This document shows positions 30,240 through 39,532 of a DNA stretch of 64,000 nucleotides, in pieces. The notes beneath the pieces are model-generated. The model was not told the DNA's origin, ran no database searches, and saw nothing but the letters and a program-made list of their open reading frames with translations. How positions within the stretch are numbered: the stretch's first letter is position 1; every line of letters begins with the position of its first letter. The DNA is from Candidatus Poribacteria bacterium (GTDB taxonomy: Bacteria; Poribacteria; WGA-4E; WGA-3G): the NCBI GenBank assembly GCA_963665235.2, contig CAXXLX010000001.1:576001-640000 (forward strand). The letters are read 5' to 3'. Both the position numbers and the translations under genes were made by a program.

Positions 30240-31199
30240 ATGAAACTATTTTCTAGAACACTCATCCTAATCACAGCTGCCCTGTTTACAGTTTACATGG
30301 TCGGTTGTGGAGCTGATGAGGATGCTGACACAGCACTGTTTATGAGTGCTACGCCAGCTGATGGAGAGATTGAAGCAAACGGAAGCATCACGGTGACCTT
30401 CGACAAAACCCCCGCAAATTTTAAAGCAAGTGCCGGGAAAAAGGTCACTGTTAGCGGCCAAATTGCCACTATTGAGGGGCCCTTCACACCGGGCGAGCTT
30501 GAACTCACTATCACCTGGGAAAATGGCGAACAAACGCTCAAATACACTGTCCTTGATGGAGATATTGACCGTCCTAAAGTCATAGGCGGGACTATCAGAA
30601 ATGGGGATGACGCAGTTGAATCTAAACAGATTAACGCTGATGGCCGAATCGAAATTGAGTTTGACGAGAACGTAACCGGACAGGTTGCACTGCAAACCGC
30701 AGTAGGTGAACCCCTCGGATGGTTCGGTAAAGTTGAAGGCAATAAAGCTGTCCTTGAATTTATCGACGGTGAAGAACTTGATACTGGGACCGATTACATC
30801 ATCAAGGGACGAGTCACAGATGCTGATGGTAATACAGCAAGCTTCACTGTTAACTTTTTAACCGCGGGACCCCCGCGCAGCCCGTTTGTTGTGACCGATA
30901 CGTCGTTTGACCGCCTTGTGCTGCGAGCTGAACTACCGGTAGTGGTTGCATTTGGAGCGGTCTGGTGAGCAATCTGCCAACAAATGGAGCCAGTTGTCTC
31001 CAAAGTTGCAACAGAATACCGGGATAGATTCTCTATCGCGAATATGGACATTGATAAGAGCTCGAAGACATATCCTAAATATGGCATTAATGCAATTCCA
31101 ACATACCTCGTATTTAAAGAGGGGAAGCTAGTGCTACGTTTCAGAGGTTTAACTCCAGAGGCCGATTTCGTAAAGAAAGTTCTTGGAGCGATAAGATAG
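30240..31199 (+). CDS. Lipoprotein with Ig-like domains and C-terminal thioredoxin; probable selenoprotein (UGA at 30966-30968)
   Basis: Lipobox MVGC; ORFs 30222..30968 and 30984..31199 share a frame; AFGAVW-TGA-AIC gives WUAIC; cis-Pro motif AIPT. Confidence 0.85.
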
Positions 31200-31364
31200 C
31201 GATAAGCTTATAAATTGGCAGGCGTGCTGCCCTTTGTAGATACCGATGCAAAACGCACATTCAGCGTTGAGTGGAGGCTTTGTTGGCACGCCTATTTCTT
31301 CATATTGAAAACGGTAATTGCTACTAAAGGACAAAAAGATGTCTAATCAAACCGCTAAACCGAT

Positions 31365-31426
31365 AAAGGAGGCGGGCATTCGTCCCCGCGCTAAAGCCTC
31401 GGGGTCTCCTGCCCGAACGTTTTGAT
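31365..31426 (-). mobile_element. 62-bp solo IS200/IS605 end-like insertion in the 5' end of the methyltransferase gene
   Basis: Aligns with the tnpB element left end (ATCA...TTCGGGC...GCTTTAGC...GGGA.GAA.GCCCGC); removal fuses ATG 31339 in frame. Confidence 0.65.
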
Positions 31427-32456
31427 GACAGGTCGAGAACGTGTGCTTGCTGCGCTCCGCAATGAGCCAACCGACCGTACGCCTGTTTGCAACCCGACCT
31501 CAGTCGCCACCGTTGAACTCATGGATCTGGTCGATGCGCCGTTTCCGCAGGCAAATCGCGAACCGGAACTTATGGCGAGACTCGCCGCTACAGGCTATAC
31601 CGAACTCGGTTTCGATACCATTATGCCGGTTTTCACGATTATCCAAGAATCCAGTGCCCTCGGATGTAAAATTCAGTGGGAACAGAAGGATAATTGGCCG
31701 ACTGTCAAAATGCGTGAACCTATCTGGGAAGATGTTGACGACATTACTATTCCTAGCGATTTTTTGACGCACCCAGACACACAATGTGTCCTTGAAGCTA
31801 TTAAAATCCTAAAGCGGGAGTATGGCGATGAAGTCGCCGTCATCGGAAAAACGATGGGCCCCTGGTCGCTTGGCTATCACTGTTTCGGTGTAGAGCCGTT
31901 CCTACTGCTTTCTCTCGATGACCCGGGTAAAACGAAGCTTGCACTGGATAGAATGAAGGAAGCGACTGTGCAATTCGGTCTTGCACAAATTGATGCGGGG
32001 GCGGATGCACTCACGCTCCCCGACCATGCCACCGGTGACCTCGTCAGTGGGGAATACTACCAACGTTATCTCCGCGACCTACATATTGAATTCGTGGAAC
32101 GGATTCCAATACCGCTTATCTTGCATATCTGCGGACGTACCGTCGATAGGATGGAATATATCGCTCAAACGGGCATGGCCGCCTTCCATTACGACTCCAA
32201 AAATGAACCGCAAGAATCCATGGATATCGTTCAGAAACGAATCGCACTGGTTGGCAATATCAATAATCCTGAAACGTTGTTTTCTAAAGACCCGGAGGAT
32301 GTTCAGGCGGAAGTGGTGAAAAACCTTGAGGCGGGTGTACCGCTAATCGGGCCGGAGTGTGCTATTCCACTTCAAACGACTATTGAAAACCTCCAAACAA
32401 TTCCCAAGGCTGTGCAGGAATGGCATAAAATGAACACGTCTGTTGAAAAATCTTGA
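31425..32456 (+). CDS. MtaA/CmuA-like methyltransferase (uroporphyrinogen decarboxylase family)
   Basis: MTGRERV, GPWSL, LHICG, GNI, PECAIP. Confidence 0.88.
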   Translation: MTGRERVLAALRNEPTDRTPVCNPTSVATVELMDLVDAPFPQANREPELMARLAATGYTELGFDTIMPVFTIIQESSALGCKIQWEQKDNWPTVKMREPIWEDVDDITIPSDFLTHPDTQCVLEAIKILKREYGDEVAVIGKTMGPWSLGYHCFGVEPFLLLSLDDPGKTKLALDRMKEATVQFGLAQIDAGADALTLPDHATGDLVSGEYYQRYLRDLHIEFVERIPIPLILHICGRTVDRMEYIAQTGMAAFHYDSKNEPQESMDIVQKRIALVGNINNPETLFSKDPEDVQAEVVKNLEAGVPLIGPECAIPLQTTIENLQTIPKAVQEWHKMNTSVEKS

Positions 32457-32470
32457 AAGGAGGAATTCCG

Positions 32471-35143
32471 ATGAAAACGAAAGGACTGTTTTCCCTTGTT
32501 TTGACAGGGCTTTTGGTTTGCTCTGTCCTCTTACCGATTGCTTCCGCCCAAGACTACACAACGTTGAATTTACCCGAAGATGCCAAAGCGCGTCTCGGTA
32601 AAGGGCACATAAACGATATTGTGTATTCCCGCGATGGTACCCGTTTGGCGGTTGCAGGGAGTATAGGTATTTGGCTCTATGATACGGAAACATATCAAGT
32701 GTTATCCCTAATCGGGAACGATGATGTCACGAGTGTAGCGTTCAGTCCGGATGGGCAGACACTCGCAAGTGCAAGTCGGAGCACCCTCTATTTATGGGAT
32801 GTGTCAACAGGTGAAAATCAGCACACACTCACAGGGCATACGAATTGGATTAATATCGTAGCGTTCAATCCGGATGGGCAGACACTCGCAAGTAGCGGTT
32901 GGGACCGCACCATCCGTTTATGGGATGTGTCAACAGGTGAACACAAGAAAACACTCACGGGGCATAAAAGTGAGATTTGGGGTATAGCGTTCAGTCCGGA
33001 TGGGCAAACACTCGCAAGTAGCAGTGCAGACAAAACAGTCCGTTTATGGGATGCGGAAACTGGCGAACACAAGAAAACACTCAAAGGACATACGCGTTCG
33101 GTTAGAAGTGTAGCGTTCAATCCGGATGGACAAACAATAGCAAGTGGCAGTTATGACAAAACAGTCCGTTTATGGGATACGGAAACTGGCGAACACAAGA
33201 AAATACTCAAAGGACATCTGGGGGGTATCGTTAGTCTATCGTTCAGTCCGGATGGGCAGACACTCGCAAGTGGCGATTTAAGTATCGATTTAGGAGACAC
33301 TATTCGTTTATGGGATACCGCAACAGGTCAACACAAACACACACTCATAGGACATAGGTCTTATATCCATAGCCTATCGTTCAGTCCGGATGGACAGACA
33401 CTCGCAAGTGCAAGTCGGAGCACCCTCTATTTATGGGATGCGGAAACTGGTGAATACAAACACACACTCACGTGGCATACGTCTTATAGCAATAGCGTAG
33501 CGTTCAGTCCGGATGGACAGACACTCGCAAGTGCATATGATGATGGCCCCATCCGTTTATGGGATGCGGAAACTGGCGGACATAAGAAAACACTCACGGG
33601 GCATCGAGATTATGTCCGTAGCGTAGCGTTCAGTCCGGATGGACAGACACTCGCAAGTGCGGGGAGTTATGACAAAACAGTCCGTTTATGGGATGCGGAA
33701 ACTGGTGAACATAAACATACACTCAAAGGGCATACAGGTCCTGTCTATAGCGTAGCGTTCAGTCCAGATGGACAGACACTCGCAAGTGGAAGTGGGCGCT
33801 TTGACGACACCATCCGTTTATGGGATGCGGAAACTGGTGAACACAAACACACACTCAGAAAGCATGCGGGTGAGGTCTGGAGCGTAGCGTTCAGTCCAGA
33901 TGGTTTAACACTCGCAAGTGGAAGTTCAGACAACACCATCCGTTTATGGGATGCAGCAACGGGCGAACACAAACACACACTCAGAGGACATTTGGAGCCT
34001 GTCTGGAGCGTAGCGTTCAGTCCAGATGGTTTGACGCTTGCAAGTGGAAGTTTAGACAATACCATCCGTTTATGGGATGCAGCAACGGGCGAACACAAGA
34101 AAACACTCTGGGGGCATGCGGATAAGGTCTACACCGTAGCGTTCAGTCCGGATGGACAAACAATAGCAAGTGGCGATTTAGACGACACCATCCGTTTATG
34201 GGATGCAGCAACGGGCGAACATAAGCGGACACTCACGGGGCATAAAGATTATATTACTAGCGTAACGTTTAGTCCGGATGGACAGACAGTAGCAAGTGGG
34301 AGTGGGGATAGTACAGTGCTGCTATGGTACACCACACCCCCTGCCACCGAGAATACAACACCTCCTACCACCGAGAATACAACACCTCCTACCACCGAGA
34401 ATGCTATAGTACGCATTTCGGCACCCCCACAGCAATTGACTCATGTTAAAGACCGGCTAACGTTTCCTTTAAAAATCATAGGCGGAGAAAACGTTGCAGG
34501 CTATCAGGCAACTGTGTCGTACGACAGGGATGTGTTCCGCTATGTTGAAAGTGCTAACGGGGATTATTTACCGGACGATGCAATCTTTGCGGAACCAATT
34601 GTTAGCGGGAATAAGGTGCAGCTCTCCGCAACGTCTCCGACAGGTAAAAGTAGTGGCGATGGAACGCTTGCCACACTCACGTTTAAAGTCATCGCTGTCA
34701 AACCCACAACCTTGGAGTTATTTGCGGTTAGTCTAGTTGATTCAGCGGGTGCGCGTTCCTTACCGCAGGTTGAGAATACAGAGATTGTCCTACTCGACCG
34801 GCACACAATTGATACAACAGGGAAACATTTCACAACCTGGGGCAAGCTAAAAACGACGGATGTTTTTCAAAACTATCCGAACCCATCTAATCCGGAGACG
34901 TGGTTTCCGTATTATCTGGCGGCAGCTTCGGATGTGAGGTTGCGTATCTACTCAATAGATGGGGACTTAGTTCGGACGTTAAGGTTAGGAAACCGGGCGG
35001 CAGGTCTGTATGTGGACAAGAGTCGTGCAGCGTATTGGGATGGCAGAAATGAACGGGGTGAACCCGTAGCAAGTGGTCTCTATTTCTATACGTTCAGTGC
35101 CGGAGATTTCACGTCGACACGGCGGATGCTGCTGCGCAAATAG
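32471..35143 (+). CDS. Secreted WD40-repeat protein with cohesin-like and C-terminal FlgD-like domain
   Basis: Signal peptide; about 14 SVAFSPDGQTLAS repeats; TTPPTTEN linker x3; QNYPNPSNPETW...YWDGRN. Confidence 0.92.
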   Translation: MKTKGLFSLVLTGLLVCSVLLPIASAQDYTTLNLPEDAKARLGKGHINDIVYSRDGTRLAVAGSIGIWLYDTETYQVLSLIGNDDVTSVAFSPDGQTLASASRSTLYLWDVSTGENQHTLTGHTNWINIVAFNPDGQTLASSGWDRTIRLWDVSTGEHKKTLTGHKSEIWGIAFSPDGQTLASSSADKTVRLWDAETGEHKKTLKGHTRSVRSVAFNPDGQTIASGSYDKTVRLWDTETGEHKKILKGHLGGIVSLSFSPDGQTLASGDLSIDLGDTIRLWDTATGQHKHTLIGHRSYIHSLSFSPDGQTLASASRSTLYLWDAETGEYKHTLTWHTSYSNSVAFSPDGQTLASAYDDGPIRLWDAETGGHKKTLTGHRDYVRSVAFSPDGQTLASAGSYDKTVRLWDAETGEHKHTLKGHTGPVYSVAFSPDGQTLASGSGRFDDTIRLWDAETGEHKHTLRKHAGEVWSVAFSPDGLTLASGSSDNTIRLWDAATGEHKHTLRGHLEPVWSVAFSPDGLTLASGSLDNTIRLWDAATGEHKKTLWGHADKVYTVAFSPDGQTIASGDLDDTIRLWDAATGEHKRTLTGHKDYITSVTFSPDGQTVASGSGDSTVLLWYTTPPATENTTPPTTENTTPPTTENAIVRISAPPQQLTHVKDRLTFPLKIIGGENVAGYQATVSYDRDVFRYVESANGDYLPDDAIFAEPIVSGNKVQLSATSPTGKSSGDGTLATLTFKVIAVKPTTLELFAVSLVDSAGARSLPQVENTEIVLLDRHTIDTTGKHFTTWGKLKTTDVFQNYPNPSNPETWFPYYLAAASDVRLRIYSIDGDLVRTLRLGNRAAGLYVDKSRAAYWDGRNERGEPVASGLYFYTFSAGDFTSTRRMLLRK

Positions 35144-35210
35144 ATTTGGCGCGGGTTACAGCATCATCGCCATGCCATACGCGTTTGACATGCTTCAAGA
35201 GCCTGCTCTT

Positions 35211-36257
35211 TTACACTGCAAGTTCAGACAGCTTAACAGTCTGTCCGCCTGCTTCAGCGGAACGGTCCGCAGCAAAGACGACGCGGTGCGTTTCAAAAGC
35301 GGTATCAAAATCGGTCAGCGGCATCGGTTCGTTGCGACTGATGCTATCTATGAACGCCTGAAACTGCGGTTCATACGGATGGTCACTGACATCACCGGAG
35401 TCAATCAGCGAGGTTTCAAGGGTGCTCCACCTGCTTTTGTCCATGCCTTTAATTTTCGCAGAATAGATACGATTGTCAAGTAAACTCCCTTCACTTCCGA
35501 CGAGGTGGATGTGGAAGTAGTACGGTTGTAGACAATCGACACAGGAGGTAACCTTACCAATCTTCTGACCGCCTTCAAACTTCAGGAGACTCACGCTTGT
35601 CGTCTTATACTCGTAGGGTTGAAAAGCGTCCCCTGCGGATTGGGTGTGATAACTCGTGACCTCTTCAACGGTGCCATCCATAAAAAAGAGCAACGCGTCA
35701 AGGGCATGACACCCAGCAGTGAGCAGGGTGCTACCGCCAAAATCTTTTTTAATGTTCCACTCGTACTGTCCGTACCAAGGGCCGATGCCGTGGTAATAGT
35801 CAACCTCTGCATAGTGAAGTTCACCGAGCAGGCCATTGTCAATGACAGACCTAATCATCGTGAAATGTGCGCTGTAACGACACTCAAAACAGACGCAGAC
35901 GTTGACTCCTGTTGTTTTCACTGCATCTCGGATAGCGATTGCATCTTCGTAGGTGAGGCAAATCGGTTTTTCGATGATGAGATGTTTCCCAGCCTTTGCG
36001 GCGGCGATAGCTTGTTCCGCGTGAAACGGGTGCGGTGTGCAAATATCTATGATGTGAATATCCGGGTCGGCGAGCATCTTTTCGTAATCGGTATAGGCTT
36101 TGAGGGGTGTTCCGTAAGTGTCCGCTAACACTGCTTCATCGTGTTCGCGGCGTGAGCAGATAGCGGTGACATCCGCCCCTGTAACGGCTTTAAAGGCTTC
36201 AATATGGGCCCCAGCGACCCAACCGAGCCCGACAATTCCAACGTTTCGTTTATCCAT
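35211..36257 (-). CDS. Gfo/Idh/MocA family oxidoreductase
   Basis: GIVGLG, CTPH, EKP, GCHALD. Confidence 0.92.
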   Translation of the reverse strand: MDKRNVGIVGLGWVAGAHIEAFKAVTGADVTAICSRREHDEAVLADTYGTPLKAYTDYEKMLADPDIHIIDICTPHPFHAEQAIAAAKAGKHLIIEKPICLTYEDAIAIRDAVKTTGVNVCVCFECRYSAHFTMIRSVIDNGLLGELHYAEVDYYHGIGPWYGQYEWNIKKDFGGSTLLTAGCHALDALLFFMDGTVEEVTSYHTQSAGDAFQPYEYKTTSVSLLKFEGGQKIGKVTSCVDCLQPYYFHIHLVGSEGSLLDNRIYSAKIKGMDKSRWSTLETSLIDSGDVSDHPYEPQFQAFIDSISRNEPMPLTDFDTAFETHRVVFAADRSAEAGGQTVKLSELAV

Positions 36258-36408
36258 TTTCAAGCTCCTTTTTCGAACGGTTTTAGATATTTTAGCACAG
36301 ATTCAAATTTTTTGGTAAAAAAGATTTGCTATAATTTTAAATTTTGTGTATAATTTCAACATCGGTCGTTTGGACAATTTTGTTGGTTTTTATCGCCGAC
36401 AACTTTTT

Positions 36409-36437
36409 TTGACAAGGAAAAGAAAACATGCTATAAT
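36409..36437 (+). promoter_or_regulatory. Consensus sigma70 promoter upstream of the guaB-like gene
   Basis: TTGACA-17 nt-TATAAT with extended TG. Confidence 0.75.
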
Positions 36438-36438
36438 A

Positions 36439-36590
36439 ACCTAAGTTGCCACATAGTAGCATAATCTTCCAGATTGTGCATATTTGTGTGCAAACTAAAA
36501 GTGGACGCTACAAATATTACCTAATTATCAGCATATTTTCATTAAAGCCGGTGTTTCTAGGTCTAAAAACTTATAAGTAGCAACTTGGGT
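36439..36590. mobile_element. 152-bp MITE (family A, IS982-like ends)
   Basis: TIR ACCTAAGTTGC/GCAACTTGGGT; 7-bp TSD TATAATA. Confidence 0.88.
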
Positions 36591-36664
36591 TATAATACGT
36601 TAAATTGGTAAGGAACGTTTTTTTTTAAACATTTTCGAGCCTACCTCAATATGCCTTAAAGGAG

Positions 36665-38176
36665 ATGTTTCCGATGGACACCAAAATTTCCGATGCTTTC
36701 CCCCCGAAGTTTGCAAAAGAAGGGTTAACTTTTGACGATGTTTTGCTGATTCCAGCAGAATCCAATGTGCTACCGGATGAAGTAGATACAGGTACGCAAT
36801 TGACGCGTAACCTACGGCTCAATATACCTATCTGTAGCGCGCCAATGGATACCGTCACTGAGGCGACCCTGGCGATAGCAATTGCACGTGAGGGGGGTAT
36901 CGGAATAATCCATTATAACTGTACGATTGCCGAACAGGTGTCTGAAGTTGACCGCGTCAAACGTTCAGAAAGCGGTATGATTACTGCACCGATTACGCTA
37001 ACTGAAGATAAGACAATTCGCGACGCACTGGAGATAACGGAGCGTTACCATATCGGCGGGGTGCCTATCGTGACACCGGATGGATTGCTGGTCGGCTTGA
37101 TTACAAATCGTGACCTCAAATATGAGGAAAACCTGAATCTGCCTGTAACGGCTCGGATGACCCCGAAGGAGCAGCTAATTACCGCGTCGCCGGGGGTTAC
37201 GCTTGATAAAGCGAAGCAGGTGCTGCACCAATCTCGGAAAGAAAAGCTGCCGATTGTAGATAGCGATTATCGGCTCTGTGGATTGATTACCATCAAGGAT
37301 ATTGACAAGGTTCAGATGTTCCCGAATGCATGTAAGGATGAGGCGGGTCGGTTGCGTGTAGGTGCAGCGATTGTGCCCTCAACGCCTTTGGAAAACGTTG
37401 CGTCACTCGTCGCGGCGGGTGTAGACGTGCTTGTCTTAGATACGGCCCATGGCCATTCCAAAAATGTGGTTCGGTCAACAGAATATATAAAATCGGAATT
37501 TCCGGACGTTGAGCTCGTCGCGGGAAACGTTGTTACCCCGGAGGGCACTCGGAGTTTAATTGATGCTGGCGCGGATGCGGTAAAAGTAGGTGTGGGCCCC
37601 GGCTCTATTTGTACGACGCGTGTTATTGCAGGCGTGAGCATTCCGCAAATTACCGCAATTTACGATTGCGCACAAGAGGCAGATAAATCGGACGTACCGA
37701 TTATAGCTGATGGTGGTATCCGCTATTCCGGTGATATTGCGAAGGCTATCGGTGCTGGGGCAAGCTCTGTCATGATTGGCAGTCTACTCGCTGGCACTGA
37801 CGAGAGCCCAGGGTCAACAGTTATCTATCAAGGCAGAACTTACAAAATTCACCGGGGCATGGGGTCGCTGAGTGCGATGCGCAAACGGACTGCTGCCCTT
37901 GGTGCACAGTTGAACGAGGCGGAGGTCTCGAAGCTTGTGCCGCGCGGTATTGAAGGCCGCGTCCCGCACAAAGGTAAATTGAGCAATTTTGTTTATCAGT
38001 TAGTGGGCGGTATCCGCTCCGCTATGGGATACTGCGGTACACCGGACATTGAAACATTGCGAAAGAATAGTCAATTCGTCCGAATGTCAAGCAGCGGCTA
38101 CCGAGAAAGTCATCCGCACGATATTGATATTACCGAGGAAGCCCCAAATTATACGGTTGCTAATCTGAACACATAA
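36665..38176 (+). CDS. guaB: IMP dehydrogenase family protein with CBS domains (atypical flap)
   Basis: [40 protein letters not shown]. Confidence 0.8.
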   Translation: MFPMDTKISDAFPPKFAKEGLTFDDVLLIPAESNVLPDEVDTGTQLTRNLRLNIPICSAPMDTVTEATLAIAIAREGGIGIIHYNCTIAEQVSEVDRVKRSESGMITAPITLTEDKTIRDALEITERYHIGGVPIVTPDGLLVGLITNRDLKYEENLNLPVTARMTPKEQLITASPGVTLDKAKQVLHQSRKEKLPIVDSDYRLCGLITIKDIDKVQMFPNACKDEAGRLRVGAAIVPSTPLENVASLVAAGVDVLVLDTAHGHSKNVVRSTEYIKSEFPDVELVAGNVVTPEGTRSLIDAGADAVKVGVGPGSICTTRVIAGVSIPQITAIYDCAQEADKSDVPIIADGGIRYSGDIAKAIGAGASSVMIGSLLAGTDESPGSTVIYQGRTYKIHRGMGSLSAMRKRTAALGAQLNEAEVSKLVPRGIEGRVPHKGKLSNFVYQLVGGIRSAMGYCGTPDIETLRKNSQFVRMSSSGYRESHPHDIDITEEAPNYTVANLNT

Positions 38177-38220
38177 ACAATTTTGGCAAGAACTATCACT
38201 TTTTAGAAAGGAACACTTTT

Positions 38221-38769
38221 ATGAAAGTTAACGAAGAAATGTCGTTTTGGGATAGGTTGTACCTGCCCGCTTTAATTAAGGGACTGTTTACAACGTTGAG
38301 ACATATCCCGAAGAAGAAGTTAACGTATCAATACCCCGAAGACCCGAGAAGTGTGAATGAACGCAACGAACGGTATCGCGGCATTCATAAACTGACCACA
38401 ACAGAAAAAGATGAAATTAAATGTGTCGCCTGTTTCTTATGCGCAACAGCCTGCCCAGCGGACTGCATCACGATACAGGCAGCACCCGCACCAGAGGGCT
38501 GGACCACCAAAGAGGGATACCAACGTGAGAAGTATCCAGACGTGTTCGAGATTAACATGCTCCGGTGCATCTTTTGCGGATATTGCGTTGAGGCATGCCC
38601 CGAAGATGCTATTCGAATGACCGGGCTGACGTTACCACAATACTTCCGAGAACGCCAAGCAGAAGGTGAAAACCTTGGAAGTACACGCAGCGATTTCATC
38701 TTCACACGCGACATGTTGGTAGCAAATAATGACATCCCACAAGAAGGACTTAGCGTTGAAGCGCAGTAG
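38221..38769 (+). CDS. nuoI: NADH-quinone oxidoreductase subunit I (outside a nuo operon)
   Basis: QYPE, RYRGIH, CVACFLCATACP, RCIFCGYCVEACP. Confidence 0.9.
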   Translation: MKVNEEMSFWDRLYLPALIKGLFTTLRHIPKKKLTYQYPEDPRSVNERNERYRGIHKLTTTEKDEIKCVACFLCATACPADCITIQAAPAPEGWTTKEGYQREKYPDVFEINMLRCIFCGYCVEACPEDAIRMTGLTLPQYFRERQAEGENLGSTRSDFIFTRDMLVANNDIPQEGLSVEAQ

Positions 38770-38892
38770 GATGCGAACGAAGTAGGTCGTCCTCCAAAGC
38801 GAACGTCTACAGACTGAAGCGCAGGACTATTTAGTTTGCCGAGCTGACGTGTCCCTCGCGTAAGACCCAAAGGCACTGCCGATAAGGGAGCT

Positions 38893-39453
38893 ATGGTATC
38901 ACATCCCCCGTTTCCAAACAAGCAGTATGATATTCTTTACGCCGATCCGCCCTGGGATTACAAGGGGCAGCTCCAGCACACCGGGGCTAGCGGCAAAGAT
39001 AGCGGTGGCGCGATTCGCCATTATCCCACTATCCCCTTGGCAGAGATGATGACCTGGGATATCGCTTCTATTAGCTGTCCAGATTGTCTCCTGTTTATGT
39101 GGAGCTCGTCCCCGCATCTCGATCAGGCTATTGTGCTCGGGAAGGCGTGGGGATTTCAGTGGGCAACGGTTGCGTTTGTGTGGGATAAATGCCGTGTGAA
39201 CCCGGGTTTTTACACACTGAGCCAATGTGAGTTATGCCTCGTTTTCAAACGCGGTAAAATTCCAAAACCGAGAGGCGCACGGAATATCAGGCAATTGGTC
39301 AGGGCAGAACGGACACGCCATTCTGAAAAACCGGAAGAGGTACAACGGCGCATTGAAGCGATGTTTCCGGAGCAGAGCAAATTGGAGCTCTTCGCACGCA
39401 AGGTAGTTCAAGGTTGGGACGCGTGGGGACTTGAAATTCAGAAAGCTGTGTAA
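38893..39453 (+). CDS. MT-A70 family N6-adenine methyltransferase
   Basis: ILYADPPW, HYPT, LFMW, HSEKP, LELFAR, GWDAWG. Confidence 0.92.
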   Translation: MVSHPPFPNKQYDILYADPPWDYKGQLQHTGASGKDSGGAIRHYPTIPLAEMMTWDIASISCPDCLLFMWSSSPHLDQAIVLGKAWGFQWATVAFVWDKCRVNPGFYTLSQCELCLVFKRGKIPKPRGARNIRQLVRAERTRHSEKPEEVQRRIEAMFPEQSKLELFARKVVQGWDAWGLEIQKAV

Positions 39454-39490
39454 TCAACACAGCAGATGTTTTGGAGATGCTTGTCTATTC

Positions 39491-39514
39491 TTAACCCTTA
39501 ACCCTTAACCCTTA
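39491..39514. repeat. Heptamer microsatellite (TTAACCC)x3+
   Basis: TTAACCCTTAACCCTTAACCCTTAA. Confidence 0.8.
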
Positions 39515-39532
39515 ATTTTAATTATTGACCCA

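Noticed and set aside
32720-34320. Nucleotide repeats as a DGR or mobile array
   Set aside because: They are explained by WD40 protein repeats; no reverse transcriptase or adenine-specific template/variable pair was seen.
39491-39514. Telomere-like repeat
   Set aside because: Only about three heptamer copies; similar short tandem repeats occur near 62173 and are ordinary intergenic microsatellites.
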